Assembly (NCBI GenBank): GCA_951406725.2
Contig: OX597821.1
Coordinates: forward strand, 21,886,001-21,950,000
Source: Octopus vulgaris
Taxonomy: Eukaryota
DNA length: 64,000 nt
Reading direction: 5' to 3'
Shown here: positions 26,552-39,021 of the stretch, piece after piece
Layout of the letters: each line of letters opens with the position of its first letter
Numbering within the stretch: the first letter of the stretch is position 1
The notes under the pieces: model-generated
Told to the model about the DNA's origin: nothing
The model's database searches: none
The model's input: only the letters and a program-made list of their open reading frames with translations
Translations under genes and position numbers: made by a program

Positions 26552-26633
26552 TTTTGGCTGACGAGCTACAAGTGGATTTTTTTGTAAGTAAAATTACATT
26601 TAATTCATTAATAGCGAAACAATTGTCCCAAAA
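26552..26633 (+). ncRNA. Type I hammerhead ribozyme
   Basis: TTTTGG-CTGACGA-GCTA...TAGC-GAAA-CAATTG-TC-CCAAAA. Predicted cleavage after C26627 (GUC). Confidence 0.88.
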
Positions 26634-27087
26634 TAATCTGTATTTTTGTTATTTTTTATTTGCCCTGTCCGTGTGAGCTAACAATCGTACTGTCTTTCAT
26701 GGGAAACATGTATTTTTGTGGTTGAAACCTTTTGGATTAACTGGTGCTATAGTGAGCCATATAGTGACCACTCTCTTATATTTATTTTGTAAAAATATTA
26801 TAATATATTATAAAATATTATAATAATCCAGGTTTCTCGGAGCACTAGGCCACTTGGTGTTGAATAGATATACTATTAAATTAGTATCTAATTCTCTCAC
26901 CCTTATTAATTAATTATAATTATGCTGCATTTATTTCTAAATGCTGTATTTGTTTTCCGTGAAAGTTTGGCGCGCTGTTAGTTGGGGCATTTGAATTATA
27001 ACGTCGGATGTAATCAATTGAACCACACGCGTATTTATCGTTATGGTAAAATCTGGCGTGTGATTGAGTGGATTTCATCCAGATAGC

Positions 27088-27167
27088 TTTGGCTGACGAG
27101 CTACAAGTGGATTTTTTTGTAAGTAAAATTACATTTAATTCATTAATAGCGAAACAATTGTCCCAAA
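27088..27167 (+). ncRNA. Type I hammerhead ribozyme
   Basis: TTTGG-CTGACGA-GCTA...TAGC-GAAA-CAATTG-TC-CCAAA. Predicted cleavage after C27162. Confidence 0.88.
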
Positions 27168-27323
27168 ATAATCTGTATTTTTGTTATTTTTTATTTGCCC
27201 TGTCCGTGTGAGCTAACAATCGTACTGTCTTTCATGGGAAACATGTATTTTTGTGGTTGAAACCTTTTGGATTAACTGGTGCTAGAGTGAGCCATATAGT
27301 GACCACTCTCTTATATTTATTTT

Positions 27324-27364
<41 letters not shown>

Positions 27365-27365
<1 letters not shown>

Positions 27366-28509
27366 TAGCAGCATAGCCCGGCGTTGCCCGGGTATGTAAG
27401 AGTCCCTAGTAGGCAACGACTAATCCCAATCTAGTCCTTTCCCTCTAGGGAACGAAGGCGCATGTGTAGGTTGCAATGGTCTTCTCTTCACTCCCAAATA
27501 ACTATCAAACAGCTATCGATAATTCAACCCAACCAATTCCTACCAGGAAGAAATTACATTCGAGACTTTACTCCCAACACCACCACTTCTGCTAATAGCT
27601 GCTGCAGCCGCAAGTTATTCGAATACTTTTTTTTGTTTAAACTTTCTTTATAACTACCACGCCAAACGTTTTACCATAAATTTTTGACGTACCCTAAGGG
27701 TCCTCGGACGCTACTTGCAAACTCTTGTTTGTTATGAACCGCTTTTGTCGTGTGCACCAAAAAACCTTTTCCATTCGTTTGTTCAGTTTGGTCACTTTTG
27801 ACTTTTTCATTGTTGTCACTCACATTGCTGCCCGCTTTTTGGCCGTTTTTGTACATTTTTATACATTTTGGGATACTTACCCCACGTGTTCCGAGAGTTA
27901 AAAAGGTCAGTCTGTGGTTTGTGTTTAATACACCAATCGGTTTGCTATGTGTGCCACATATGATTTAATTAACCGATTTTTTCCAGTAATAAAGTATCCT
28001 ATTGGAATAAAAAGGGCCATATAACTCCTTGAAGCAGACATGATGCTCGCTGTGAATTTTAAAAAAAATTCCTGCCAATTTGTGAAAGATATTGTCGAAA
28101 ATATGTCATCTTGAATTTGAACGCGATTTCCCAAAATGGCATGATTTTATCGATTTTTTCTGATGGTAAGGTACTGCATGGAAAACTAACGACAAAATTA
28201 AGTTTCTTGGGGTAACATTAAGCTTCACCATGAGTTTGGTGAAAATCGATTGTAAGTTGCGAAAACTACAATAGAAAATGTGTTGCATATAAAAAGCTTA
28301 GATTCTCGACCCCATGTCGAATTTATCGATTCTTTTCAGAATTGGGGTAACTTTTCAAAATTTTCCCTGCGTTAGTTTTGAATTATGACATTGGGCTATG
28401 TGTGTGTCAAGTTCTATCAGAATCGTTTGAAAGCCGTGGTCAGGGTGAGGGTACAACCTGACAGACACACAGACACACAGACAGACAAACTGCCGTTTAT
28501 ATATAGAGA
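27365..28509 (-). mobile_element. Non-autonomous Helitron
   Basis: The minus strand begins A|TC(TCTATATATAAA), has (TGTC)n near the 5' end, and ends with the hairpin CCCGG-GCAACG-CCGGG then CTAG|T. Confidence 0.8.
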
Positions 28510-28564
28510 TAATATAAATGCTTATAGGCAAACTATATATATATATATATATATAGTTTATAAT

Positions 28565-28740
<176 letters not shown>

Positions 28741-28752
28741 TTTGCCTATAAC

Positions 28753-28838
<86 letters not shown>

Positions 28839-28840
<2 letters not shown>

Positions 28841-29224
28841 AGGCGCAATGGCCCAGTGGTTAGGGCAGCGGACTCGCGGTCATAGGATCGCGGTTTCGAT
28901 TCCCAGACCGGACGTTGTGAGTGTTTATTGAGCGAAAACACCTAAAAAGCTCCACGAGGCTCCGGCAGGGGATGGTGGTGATCCCTGCTGTACTCTTTCA
29001 CCACAACTTTCTCTCACTCTTACTTCCTGTTTCTGTTGTACCTGTATTTCAAAGGGCCGGCCTTGTCACTCTCTGTGTCACGCTGAATATCCCCGAGAAC
29101 TCCGTTAAGGGTACACGTGTCTGTGGAGTGCTCAGCCACTTACACGTTAATTTCACGAGCAGGCTGTTCCGTTGATTCGGATCAACCGGAACCCTCATCG
29201 TCGTAATCGACGGAGTGCTTCCAT

Positions 29225-29228
<4 letters not shown>
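28839..29228 (+). mobile_element. tRNA-derived SINE (family E), full length, in (TA)n
   Basis: A box TGGCCCAGTGG, B box GTTTCGATTCC. Related copies at 31394, 33599, 42735, 55730 and 56265. Confidence 0.85.
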
Positions 29229-29279
<51 letters not shown>

Positions 29280-29778
29280 CAATGCTTATAGGCAAACTAC
29301 AAAATTTCTCTCAATGGAAAAATTCCATTTACTTTTCCTACATGGTTGTCACAATGTGAATTATGTAATATTTCAACCAATCGTCTGCTTTTTTTAATTT
29401 TAAATTTTGTCGCAAAATTCCCAAGTTATTCATTTCACATATGCACACACGCTAATACAATTTTTTAAAGAATTACACGATGCAGTAGTTTGGAGAGGAC
29501 ATCATACAATTTAAATCACTTATAATAGCGATTCATAACTCGTTTTTGACACCACACTCCGCTTTCTTGCAAAATAAGTTTTTACTAGACAAGCGGGTAA
29601 TCGCACCACAAAATATAATATAGTGCGTAATATATACTTTAATTATTACAAATATAAAACATAGATATTACATATATAATGCATGCATATTGCATATATA
29701 ATGCATATATAAGGCAAGAACACATTGGTGACTGCACAAGTCCACGAAATAGCAATGATATTTTTATTTTCTTTCTGA

Positions 29779-30180
29779 AGGCGGCGAGTTGGCAGAAACG
29801 TTAGCACGTCGGGCGAAATGCTTAACGGAAGTTCGTCTGCGGCTACATTCTAAGCTCAAATTCCGCCGAGGTCAACTTTGCCTTTCATCCTTTCGGGGTC
29901 GATTAAATAAGTACCAGTTACGCACTGGGGTCGATATAATCGACTTAATCCGTTTGTCTGTCTTTGTTTGTCCTCTCTATGTTTAGCCCCTTGTGTGTAG
30001 TAAAGAAATAGGTATTTCGTCCGTCTTATAGTTCTGAGTTCAAATTCTTCTGGGCTCATTATTTCTTTTCATCCTTTTGGGGGCCGATAAAATAAGTATC
30101 AGTTGAACACTGGGGGTGATATAATCGACCTGCCCCGCCAACGAAATTGCTGGTGTTGTGTCAAAAACAGAAACTGATAT
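29779..30180 (+). mobile_element. SINE family A dimer
   Basis: Two successive central domains joined through GAAATAGGTATTTCGTC. Confidence 0.8.
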
Positions 30181-30289
30181 TTATACTTTCGGCCCACTAA
30201 ATTATCTACGACCCGTTACTGGTTTGCAGCCTGATTCCTGCTTTACACCATAAATGAGCCAACAGAAATTGAGACAACTATATTTCGTG

Positions 30290-31228
30290 GACTCCAGATA
30301 GATGAAAGCAAAGTTGATCTCGTCGGAATTTGAATTCATAATGTTAAGAACCAGAACAAATTGCAAAGCACTTAGACGCGTTAACGCTTCTACCGGCTCT
30401 TTCCTTTCTCAACTGATAACGGCTCCAAATTTTGGCACAAGTCCAGCAGTTTCGGAGGAAGGGTTACGTCGATTGCCCTAAAAGATAAAAGACACATTGT
30501 TTTTACTACCCACTAAAATTAGAAACATTCAGAAGTCTTGGAATAATTTATGTGATACCATCTATTGAACTTCTTGGTTTTATTGTGTGAGCTCACCATT
30601 ATTTGCAGTTGATATAGACGTCGAAACGCGAGCATACTTCACAACCGCCACAACAATTATTGCCATTCCAAGAGGAATTAAAGTATTCAGTTGACTAGCT
30701 GCCATTTATAGTTCTACTGTTAAATATACTTCCACTATATTATGATCGTTAGGATTTATTTTTGTAATTACAACAAGATTAACTGGAATTGGATTATCCA
30801 ACTCATCTTTAGATATTATATATACTTCATGATACCCACTATGTAGTTGCACATTTCCACTAAGATTTATCAGTAGTAGCGTTTGAACTCGGAACATAAA
30901 GATGGACGAAATGCCGTTGAGCCTTCTACCCGGCGTGCTAACGATTCTGCCAACTCGCTGCCTTTCTTCTCAGCTGATAATAATAATTCCTTCAGATTTT
31001 AGCAGAAAAAATCGGCAATTTTAAAAAGTAGGGTAAGTCAGTTACATCGACGCCAGTACTTGATTGGTACTTTATATTATCGACCTCGAAATGATAGAAA
31101 ACAAAGCTGATGCTAATAGTAATATTTGTTTCAAATTTTGGCACCAGGCCAGCAATTGTAATCGGAGGAACTTGTCAATTACATCGTCTCAGTCCTAGGC
31201 TGCTATTTTATTTTATTGATCACGAAAG
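30290..31228 (-). mobile_element. Cluster of partial SINE family A copies
   Basis: Repeated AAATTTTGGCAC..GCCAGCAAT tails and TTTGAACTC heads. Confidence 0.6.
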
Positions 31229-31774
31229 ACATACCATGAAAATTGTTTGAAAACAGTTGTTCGAAAACAATTATTCGGAAAACGGTTATTCGAAATATAC
31301 ATATCATTTGCGTACTTGATTTTTAATTTTATCATCGTTGTTTAGATAAAATAAAAAGTTTAGAATAATAAACATTTCGTATAATTGTCCTTTGTGGAGG
31401 CAAATGGCCTAGTGGTTAAGAGCAACGGACTCGCTGTCGAGGGATCGCGGGTTCGAATTTCAGACCGGGAGATGTGTTTATGAGCGAAACACCTGAGCTC
31501 CACGCAGCTCCGGCAGAATGTAATGGCGAACCTCTTCTGACCCTTTCACTACAACTTTCTCTCACTTTCTCCTCCTGCAAATAACAGCTCACCTGAGATG
31601 GCCCGGCGTCCTGTTCAGGTGGGGAACTTATACGCCAATGAAACAGGGAAACCGGCCCTTATGAGCTAGGCATGGCTCAAGAAGAAACAAACAACAACGA
31701 TGGTTCTTTTGAATAATTTTCATTCATACAGTTTTCCATTCGAATAATTGCTTTCGAACAATGTTCACATAATC
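31229..31774. mobile_element. Old MITE with subterminal repeats and 8-bp TSD, containing a nested SINE E (~31394-31700)
   Basis: CACGAAAG at 31221 and 31775. TTCGAAAACAATTATTCG vs CGAATAATTGCTTTCGAA in inverted orientation. Confidence 0.55.
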
Positions 31775-32409
31775 CACGAAAGCATGAAAGCGAAAGTTCT
31801 TCAAGGCGGGCTTTGAGCAATAAATATTCAGCCATGTTATACTGATATTGTCGGAATATTTAATGTGAAATATGTTTGGTGGCTACTGTGAAATATGTTT
31901 GCATCAATGTACGGTAAGAAAATTAGCCTTAAATTACCGAGCTCTTCCTGATTCGGTTAGCAAACAAATCAGCTAATAAATCTGCTCCCTTGATGCTCAA
32001 ATCCGTTTCAGGTGTTTATCATCCCCTTTCATAGCTACATAGACTCTTATGGATCACTATAAACCTCTTTGCCAACCTCTTCTTTCATTGGATTATTCCA
32101 ATCTTTCATTTGGATTTATCATATACGTTTGCCAAGCATGTGTAATGAGACTGATTTTGAGAAACAGACAGCAACAAAAACATAACAAAAAGAAAATATA
32201 GAAACAACAAGATGAAAACATGATTTGTCAACAAGAACATTTTTTTTTTCTAGAAAGTTCTATTTGGTTTTGTTTTCAAAACAAGAAATTATCTTGAGTA
32301 TGGAACGAGAAACGAAGAAATATTCCAGTGTGGGAACTTTATGTCAGCGCTGTCAAAATAACTTACTTTTGCGCAAGCAACAATAATTTAGTTAAATTTC
32401 GTGAATGCG

Positions 32410-32456
<47 letters not shown>

Positions 32457-32672
32457 CATTATTATTACTATTATTACTATTATTATTATTATTAATATCA
32501 TCATTATTATTATTATTATTATTATAATTATTATTATTATTATTATTATTATTATTGCTGCTGTTGCTATTGCTATCATCATCATCATCATCATCATCAT
32601 TATTATTGTTGTTGTTGTTGCTGTTGTTGTTGTTGTCATCATCATCATCATCATCATTATTGTTGTTGTTAA

Positions 32673-32721
<49 letters not shown>

Positions 32722-33248
32722 TTGTGCATCGGCAGAATGGTTAAGAGCGTCAAAGAAATGCTTTGAGGTATTATTAGCTCCGGGTGTTCTGCGTTCAAAT
32801 ACTGCATACATATACATATATACAGAGAGAAAGAGAGAGACAGAAGGGTTTGAGGGAAAGAGAGACGCATAAACATCTAAATGTGAACAAGCAAGTAATC
32901 AGCACTAAAACTGGACTTGATTTTATTGGATGGTGAAACTCCATAAATCGTTACTCTGAGTTTCTCGTATGTGATATTCAGACGAACTTTAAAAATGGAA
33001 TTTTAAAACAGTCCGTAATATATAGATAATGCTGCTCTCGGAATATTAAAAGCACTCTATTGATTAAATTAGAAGTAGAGGATCTTACTGGTTGAGGGTG
33101 GTTATGTTGGTGGTGATGATGGTGGTGTTTATGCTTGTATTGATGATGATGATGATGATGATGATGACGATGAAGATGATGATGAAGATGAAGATGATGA
33201 TGAAGATGAAGATGAAGATGATGATGAAGATGATGATGAAGATGAAGA

Positions 33249-33279
<31 letters not shown>

Positions 33280-33337
33280 AGTGGTGGTGGTGGTGGTGGT
33301 GATGGTGGTGGTAGTGGAGGTGGTGAGTTTTGTGGTG

Positions 33338-33679
33338 AAATTTTGGCACAAGGCCAGCAATTGTAATCGGAGGAATTTGTCAATTACATCGTCTCAGTCC
33401 TAGGCTGCTATTTTATTTTATTGATCACGAAAGACATACCATGAAAATTGTTTGAAAACAGTTGTTCGAAAACAATTATTCGGAAAACGGTTATTCGAAA
33501 TATACATATCATTTGCGTACTTGATTTTTAATTTTATCATCGTTGTTTAGATAAAATAAAAAGTTTAGAATAATAAACGTTTCGTATAATTGTCCTTTGC
33601 GGAGGCAAATGGCCTAGTGGTTAAGAGCAACGGACTCGCGGTCGAGGGATCGCGGGTTCGAATTTCAGACCGGGAGATG
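33338..33679 (+). repeat. 342-bp direct duplicate of 31133-31474
   Basis: Constant offset of 2205, with only a few substitutions. Confidence 0.9.
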
Positions 33680-34351
33680 AAGTACTAGCCGCGGAAGCGG
33701 CGGAAGCGGCGGAAGCGGCGGCAGCGGCGGCGGCCGTGCCAGCGGCAGTGACGGTGGCGGCGACGGCTGTGGTGGTGTATTTCATACTGTCGCACTTCTA
33801 TGTTGTCATTCTTAACACACACACACGCACACGCACACACACACACGCTCTAATTCTTACGCACACACGCACACACATATATCGGATCATTAGTATTATA
33901 TTTAACAGACAATGTCTTTCTCAGTGTGTCCTGTTACGCATGCCCAGTGACACACATTAACCGACTATAGCGTTTTCGAGACCAGAATACATGTTTGTAT
34001 GCATGCACGAAGACAAAAATTACCGTCAATGCTATTTGAAATTTTTACTTCACAAAACAGTCTTACGATCTATTCATACAATTTGATATGCTTTCGTGAT
34101 ATAAGACATCTAAAAATATCTATTGCATATTGTTTACACTCTGTTTCTTTAATACTAATGATATTTTGTTTTTATCGTTCCTCCGTAGAAAGAATTGTTT
34201 TTATTAAGGCTTATGTTTAGTTGTGTTATTTTTTTCAGTTGATATTTCTTATTTAATTAATCATTTTTTTAAATATTAAATGCACGTTCTGTTCATAAGT
34301 GCTTCGTAGTATTTCATCTTGTAGTATATATTTATATATACATTTAAAGTG

Positions 34352-34592
34352 CAAATGAATGACCATGGGATTGCACCTAGAAAGATATTGTCAGAGGCAC
34401 AAGTCCTGGCAAGTTTGTGTATGGAAGACGAGCAGTCGCTCATGCGTACCAGGCTCTCCACTCCATGCCGCCTATGTTATCCAAGTGGAAGGCAAAGACC
34501 GATACAGCTTGGCACTAAGTGACGTCGCAACTCATTTCTACAGCTGAGGGAACTGGAGCAACATGAAATAAAGTGTCTTGTCCAAGAACACA
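34352..34592 (-). mobile_element. SINE family D fragment
   Basis: Related to 41680-41955. The minus strand has GTGTTCTTGGACAAGACACTTTATTTCA...CTCAGCTGTAGAAATGAG. Confidence 0.65.
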
Positions 34593-34595
34593 GCC

Positions 34596-34818
34596 CAATG
34601 GTTCTAAACCGGGATCTATATGAGTTTTAATGGGTCCATACGAGATTTTCAAATTTATCTGCAACAGGTTCGTTATACTTCTACATTACACAAAATATTT
34701 CAAATTTTTTTGTACAATTTCTTAATATTCTTTAAACATTGAATGGCTGTGAGGGTCCAGCCGAGAAAAAGAGGAACAAAAGAGGTTCATAGGTAAAAAA
34801 AATGGTTGAGAGCCGCTG
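34596..34818. mobile_element. hAT-type MITE
   Basis: CAATGGTTCTAAACC / GGTTGAGAGCCGCTG imperfect TIRs. No TSD recovered. Confidence 0.55.
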
Positions 34819-35393
34819 TATTATACCATACCTTAATTGGTATAAGGCGTTTGTCTTTCATTGGGATACTAACTATGTAAGGGTTATACTTCTTCCGGTA
34901 AGGATTTTTAGATTAGAGGGTTTTCGCCGATTATCCTTAATAAATATAAAGTCAAAATTTTTACATAGCTTTAAATGGTATAGATCTGCAAACACAGAGG
35001 CATGTTGTTAAACATATTTGGAACGTTACTGATAAACTAAGCGACTCCTGTCGCTTAGATTAATAGAACAGAACGCCCAGCCTGTATCTGAGAAATACGG
35101 GGTTCAATTCCCTGTAGCCACTTCGTGGCCAACTCTTGTTTCTGTCTTCGAGAGAGGGTATTTACCCAATTATTTAGGCTGTTTTCACAGCTATCCCACG
35201 ATCGAAATTTATTTTATTTTCTGTAAAATCACTGATCTAATTTATTTGCTGATATTTAGAAACTAATCATGCCTACAGAAGCCCAGCATTTCAGGCTTTT
35301 CATGTCCATCGTGGAATTAACTCAGCAGCTTTGTGCTCCACCATGAACAGACAAAGTATGTCGCATGGCATATATTCTATAAATATATATACA

Positions 35394-35663
35394 CAATTGC
35401 AGCGTGGAAGGTGCTTATAAGCTATTTAAGAAACACACAAAAACCGTTAAATTCACTTCAACATTGCACGGAATTTTGTCAGTGAGCAGTTCGCGGTCTC
35501 AAAGGGACGAAAATATTTTGACAAATTAAATTTGAATGTTAAAGTGAATCTAACGGTTTTTGTGTTTCTTAAATGGCTTATAAACACCTTCCACGCTGAA
35601 ATTGTTTTCGTTCCAGCACACAATCTCAGATCAGATCACTCGCTATGCAAGTACATCTTCGTA

Positions 35664-35667
<4 letters not shown>
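35394..35667 (+). mobile_element. Small inverted-arm element with HHR-like scaffold (probable PLE relic)
   Basis: Arms 35394-35465 / 35535-35604. Central TTTGTCA...GTCTC-AAA-GGGAC-GAAA-ATAT-TT-TGACAAA. Ends in (TA)n. Confidence 0.55.
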
Positions 35668-35716
<49 letters not shown>

Positions 35717-36640
35717 ATTTTGCTTAGGCATAGCTATACTAATGACCTGGTGTTAGAACTAAATGTACATATGCGTTAGGGTAAAGCGTTAGTTAAGTAC
35801 AAATAGAAAATATGAAATGAAATAAATGACTAGAGAACAGGAATAACGAAAACAACTTCATTAAGTTATTGCTTTTTCTCCTATAAGATCATGAAGATCT
35901 AAGCCCTTGTATATCACTTTATAGCTTCCTTGGAGCATTTGAAATCGAGAAAGCTATTGATGATGCCCAAGCACTCTGAACTCTGAGTGCACTGCGTCTT
36001 ATAACAGAAGTAGGTGTATACTAATTAGTATACACACACATATATATATATATACATATATATATGTATGTGTGTGTGTGTTTATTGCTTTAAAATTTGT
36101 GCAAAAGTCCAGCAAATTCTGGGGAGGGGTAATCGATTATATCTCTCCCATGCTAGTTGTATTTTAAGAGTTACTTAGTTGGTTCGCACTCACACAAAAA
36201 CAAAACAAAATGCCCTTCATAACTCATCTTATGTTCCATATTTGGTAATCGTTCGAAGTCCGGAAGCGATAAACTCTGGTGAATGATCTGGGGATACATC
36301 CGCTTCCAATAAAATATATATATATAAGATAATGTATGTGAACAGTTGTAGCAATGAAATCGTTCTACAAATGAATGTATAATGATACAGAAAGCTGTAC
36401 AAGACAGCAATTATAGCAACAACAACAAAAAAACAATACACTTAGTGAGTCTTTTTGTATAGTTTTCATGAAAAGCCAAGATAAAATATTAATGTGGACT
36501 TAGTTCTTTTCATATTGGTTGCAATCTAGTTATACTTGAATACGACGTATCTGTACAACTATGTTTATATGTGTACATGTATGTATACATAAACATACAC
36601 ACATATACGTAGGCTTATATAGACATAAATATAAATACAT

Positions 36641-36695
<55 letters not shown>

Positions 36696-36838
36696 TACAT
36701 ACATATATATTGATTTTGTTAAAATATTCATGTAATTTTGTATGTCTACACGAATTTAATTCTTTGTGTGTCTGTGCAAATATTACTGAGTTAGTGTTTT
36801 GAGTATAATGCTTGTATATATTTTTATATCTCTACGTG

Positions 36839-36890
<52 letters not shown>

Positions 36891-36925
36891 TACACACATA
36901 CGCACACGCTCACACGCACTCACAT

Positions 36926-36979
<54 letters not shown>

Positions 36980-38351
36980 TATACGTGTAATAGTATGTGT
37001 GGGGTGAGGGGTCGTTTGGTACCCTGAATCTATTCAGTTTTTAAATAAACCATGATTCCCATTGAATGAGATAAGGTCGTTAGGTCGTTAGGTTATTTTC
37101 TCTGGTTCATATCTACAGAGCATATGGCAGAGCAGAGTAGTAATGTGATCTGATTCTTTTGTTTAAAAAATGCATTGTGTAAAAAGAAGAAAAAACGAAC
37201 ATCAGAGATATACAAACAAAAGCATAACGAAAAAGCACTGCAAACACGCATTTGTATCGTAAATATTTCATCAAAATTGATTAATCGTAACCTTTAGATT
37301 GTTTGTCATCCATTTCTCTGTTGTTTCTCTGGTCTTTTTGCATGAAATCAAACCCATCTTTCTTATCACATTGTCTTATCTGTCTGCCCACCCTTATTTG
37401 ACTAGAATAGAGATGTACCACTGAACATTCAATATATTTATCTATTCTGTGATTCTGTGATTTATTTATTCTGTTATTCTGGATTCTGTGATCATAAAAT
37501 TATATTTTATTCTAAAGATTTCCTTTGTAACGTTATCATTGTCTATTCAATTTTTTTTTTGATTTGGAATGGGACATCTTTTTTCTTTTGTGGACATAAG
37601 CCTCCGAAAACAAATTGATCGAAGATTAAACTCTAAATTAATTATTTAGTTTGACCAATCAACTTTGTACGGAATGGACTTAGCACAATGGACTGAATTG
37701 GCTCAAAGATATTATTGATTGATAGATGGCCAATGCCTTTGCGGACATCCCGTGGTAATTTCATATGATATTGTCTTTAAATTTATCGACAATGTTTGTT
37801 ACCCAAGCAATTTTTATAAATCTATTATAAGTACTGAATCTGTCAATTAGCCTGTCACACAAATATACACATATGCACTAACACACGCGCAAACGCACAC
37901 ACACATACACACACACACACACACACACTCACACACACACACAATCACATATACATACACACATTTCTAAATTGTTTATTTTATTGACCTCAGTGTTCTA
38001 TCTGCCCTCATAGCGTTCTATTTCTTTAGCTTATTAGATAACACAGTTGCCGTTAGCTAAAAACTATTTGGAAGATTGTCCGCTAAAGGAGTTTAGAGGA
38101 AGTTATGCAAAATTATATAAAAAATGTATAGAAGTTACGAATGTGTTCAAATAAAATGGATGACTTTTCACTAACGCACAATTTTCAGTACGAATTTGAA
38201 TAAAAGCTGGCTTGCACTAAGAGAGAAGTATATTCAACCACGGACCATTTGTTTATAAAAGCTTTCAGACTTTTATTTTAGAAAAACCTAACAAGTTGTG
38301 AAATTTTATAACAAGCCTTGTTATATTTTTTCTTCTGATTTGTGCATGTAT

Positions 38352-38593
38352 ACTCTTTTACTCTTTTACTCGTTTCAGCCATTTGACTGTGGCCATGCTG
38401 GAGCACCGCCTTTTAGTCGAGCAAATCTACTTATTCTTTGTAAGCCTAGTACTTATTCTATCGGCGCCTTTTGCTGAACCGCTAATTTACAGGGACGTAA
38501 ACTCACCAGCATCGGTTGTCAAGCGATGTTGGGGGGACAAACACAGACACACAAACGTATACACACACACACATACATACATACATACATACA

Positions 38594-38629
<36 letters not shown>

Positions 38630-38792
38630 TGACGGGCTTCTTTCAGTTTCCGTCTACCAAATCCACTCACAAGGCTTTGGTCAGCCCGAGACTATAGTAG
38701 AAGACACTTGCCCAAGGTGCCACGCAGTGGGACTGAACCCGAAACCATGTGGTTGGTAAGCAAGCTGCTTACCACACAGCCACTCCTACGCC
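38352..38792 (-). mobile_element. SINE family B, full length
   Basis: Reverse complement of family B with an internal (TACA)n. Confidence 0.85.
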
Positions 38793-39021
38793 TATGTATG
38801 TTTATGTTAAGACGGAACCTGAAATGATTCTCTGTTAATCAAATATAAGTCCTTGTCATACTCTTCTGTCTTATATACCGAACTCAATATTCTAATTCAT
38901 TTGAAAGCCAATTATTTGGTGCAAGCAAATATATACGTGAGAAGAAACTGTTGCTGTTGTTGTGGTTTGAAACGCTTTTATAGTTAAAGCAGTTTACTGA
39001 GCCTCTAAAATTTGTCCAGTA

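Larger units (their letters stand above)
25561..27325. mobile_element. Non-coding 535-bp unit in tandem + inverted array with hammerhead ribozymes (retrozyme-like)
   Basis: Period 535 (25561 vs 26096; 26558 vs 27093). Minus block 25561-26341 and plus block ~26343-27325. No ORF of 60 aa or more in the track. (TA)n flanks. Confidence 0.85.

Noticed and set aside
28839-28912. tRNA gene call for SINE heads with A/B boxes
   Set aside because: They continue into multi-copy SINE bodies and lack a proper acceptor stem.
35060-35120. tRNA-like T-arm GGGGTTCAATTCCC
   Set aside because: No acceptor stem or cloverleaf could be built; at most a decayed SINE head.
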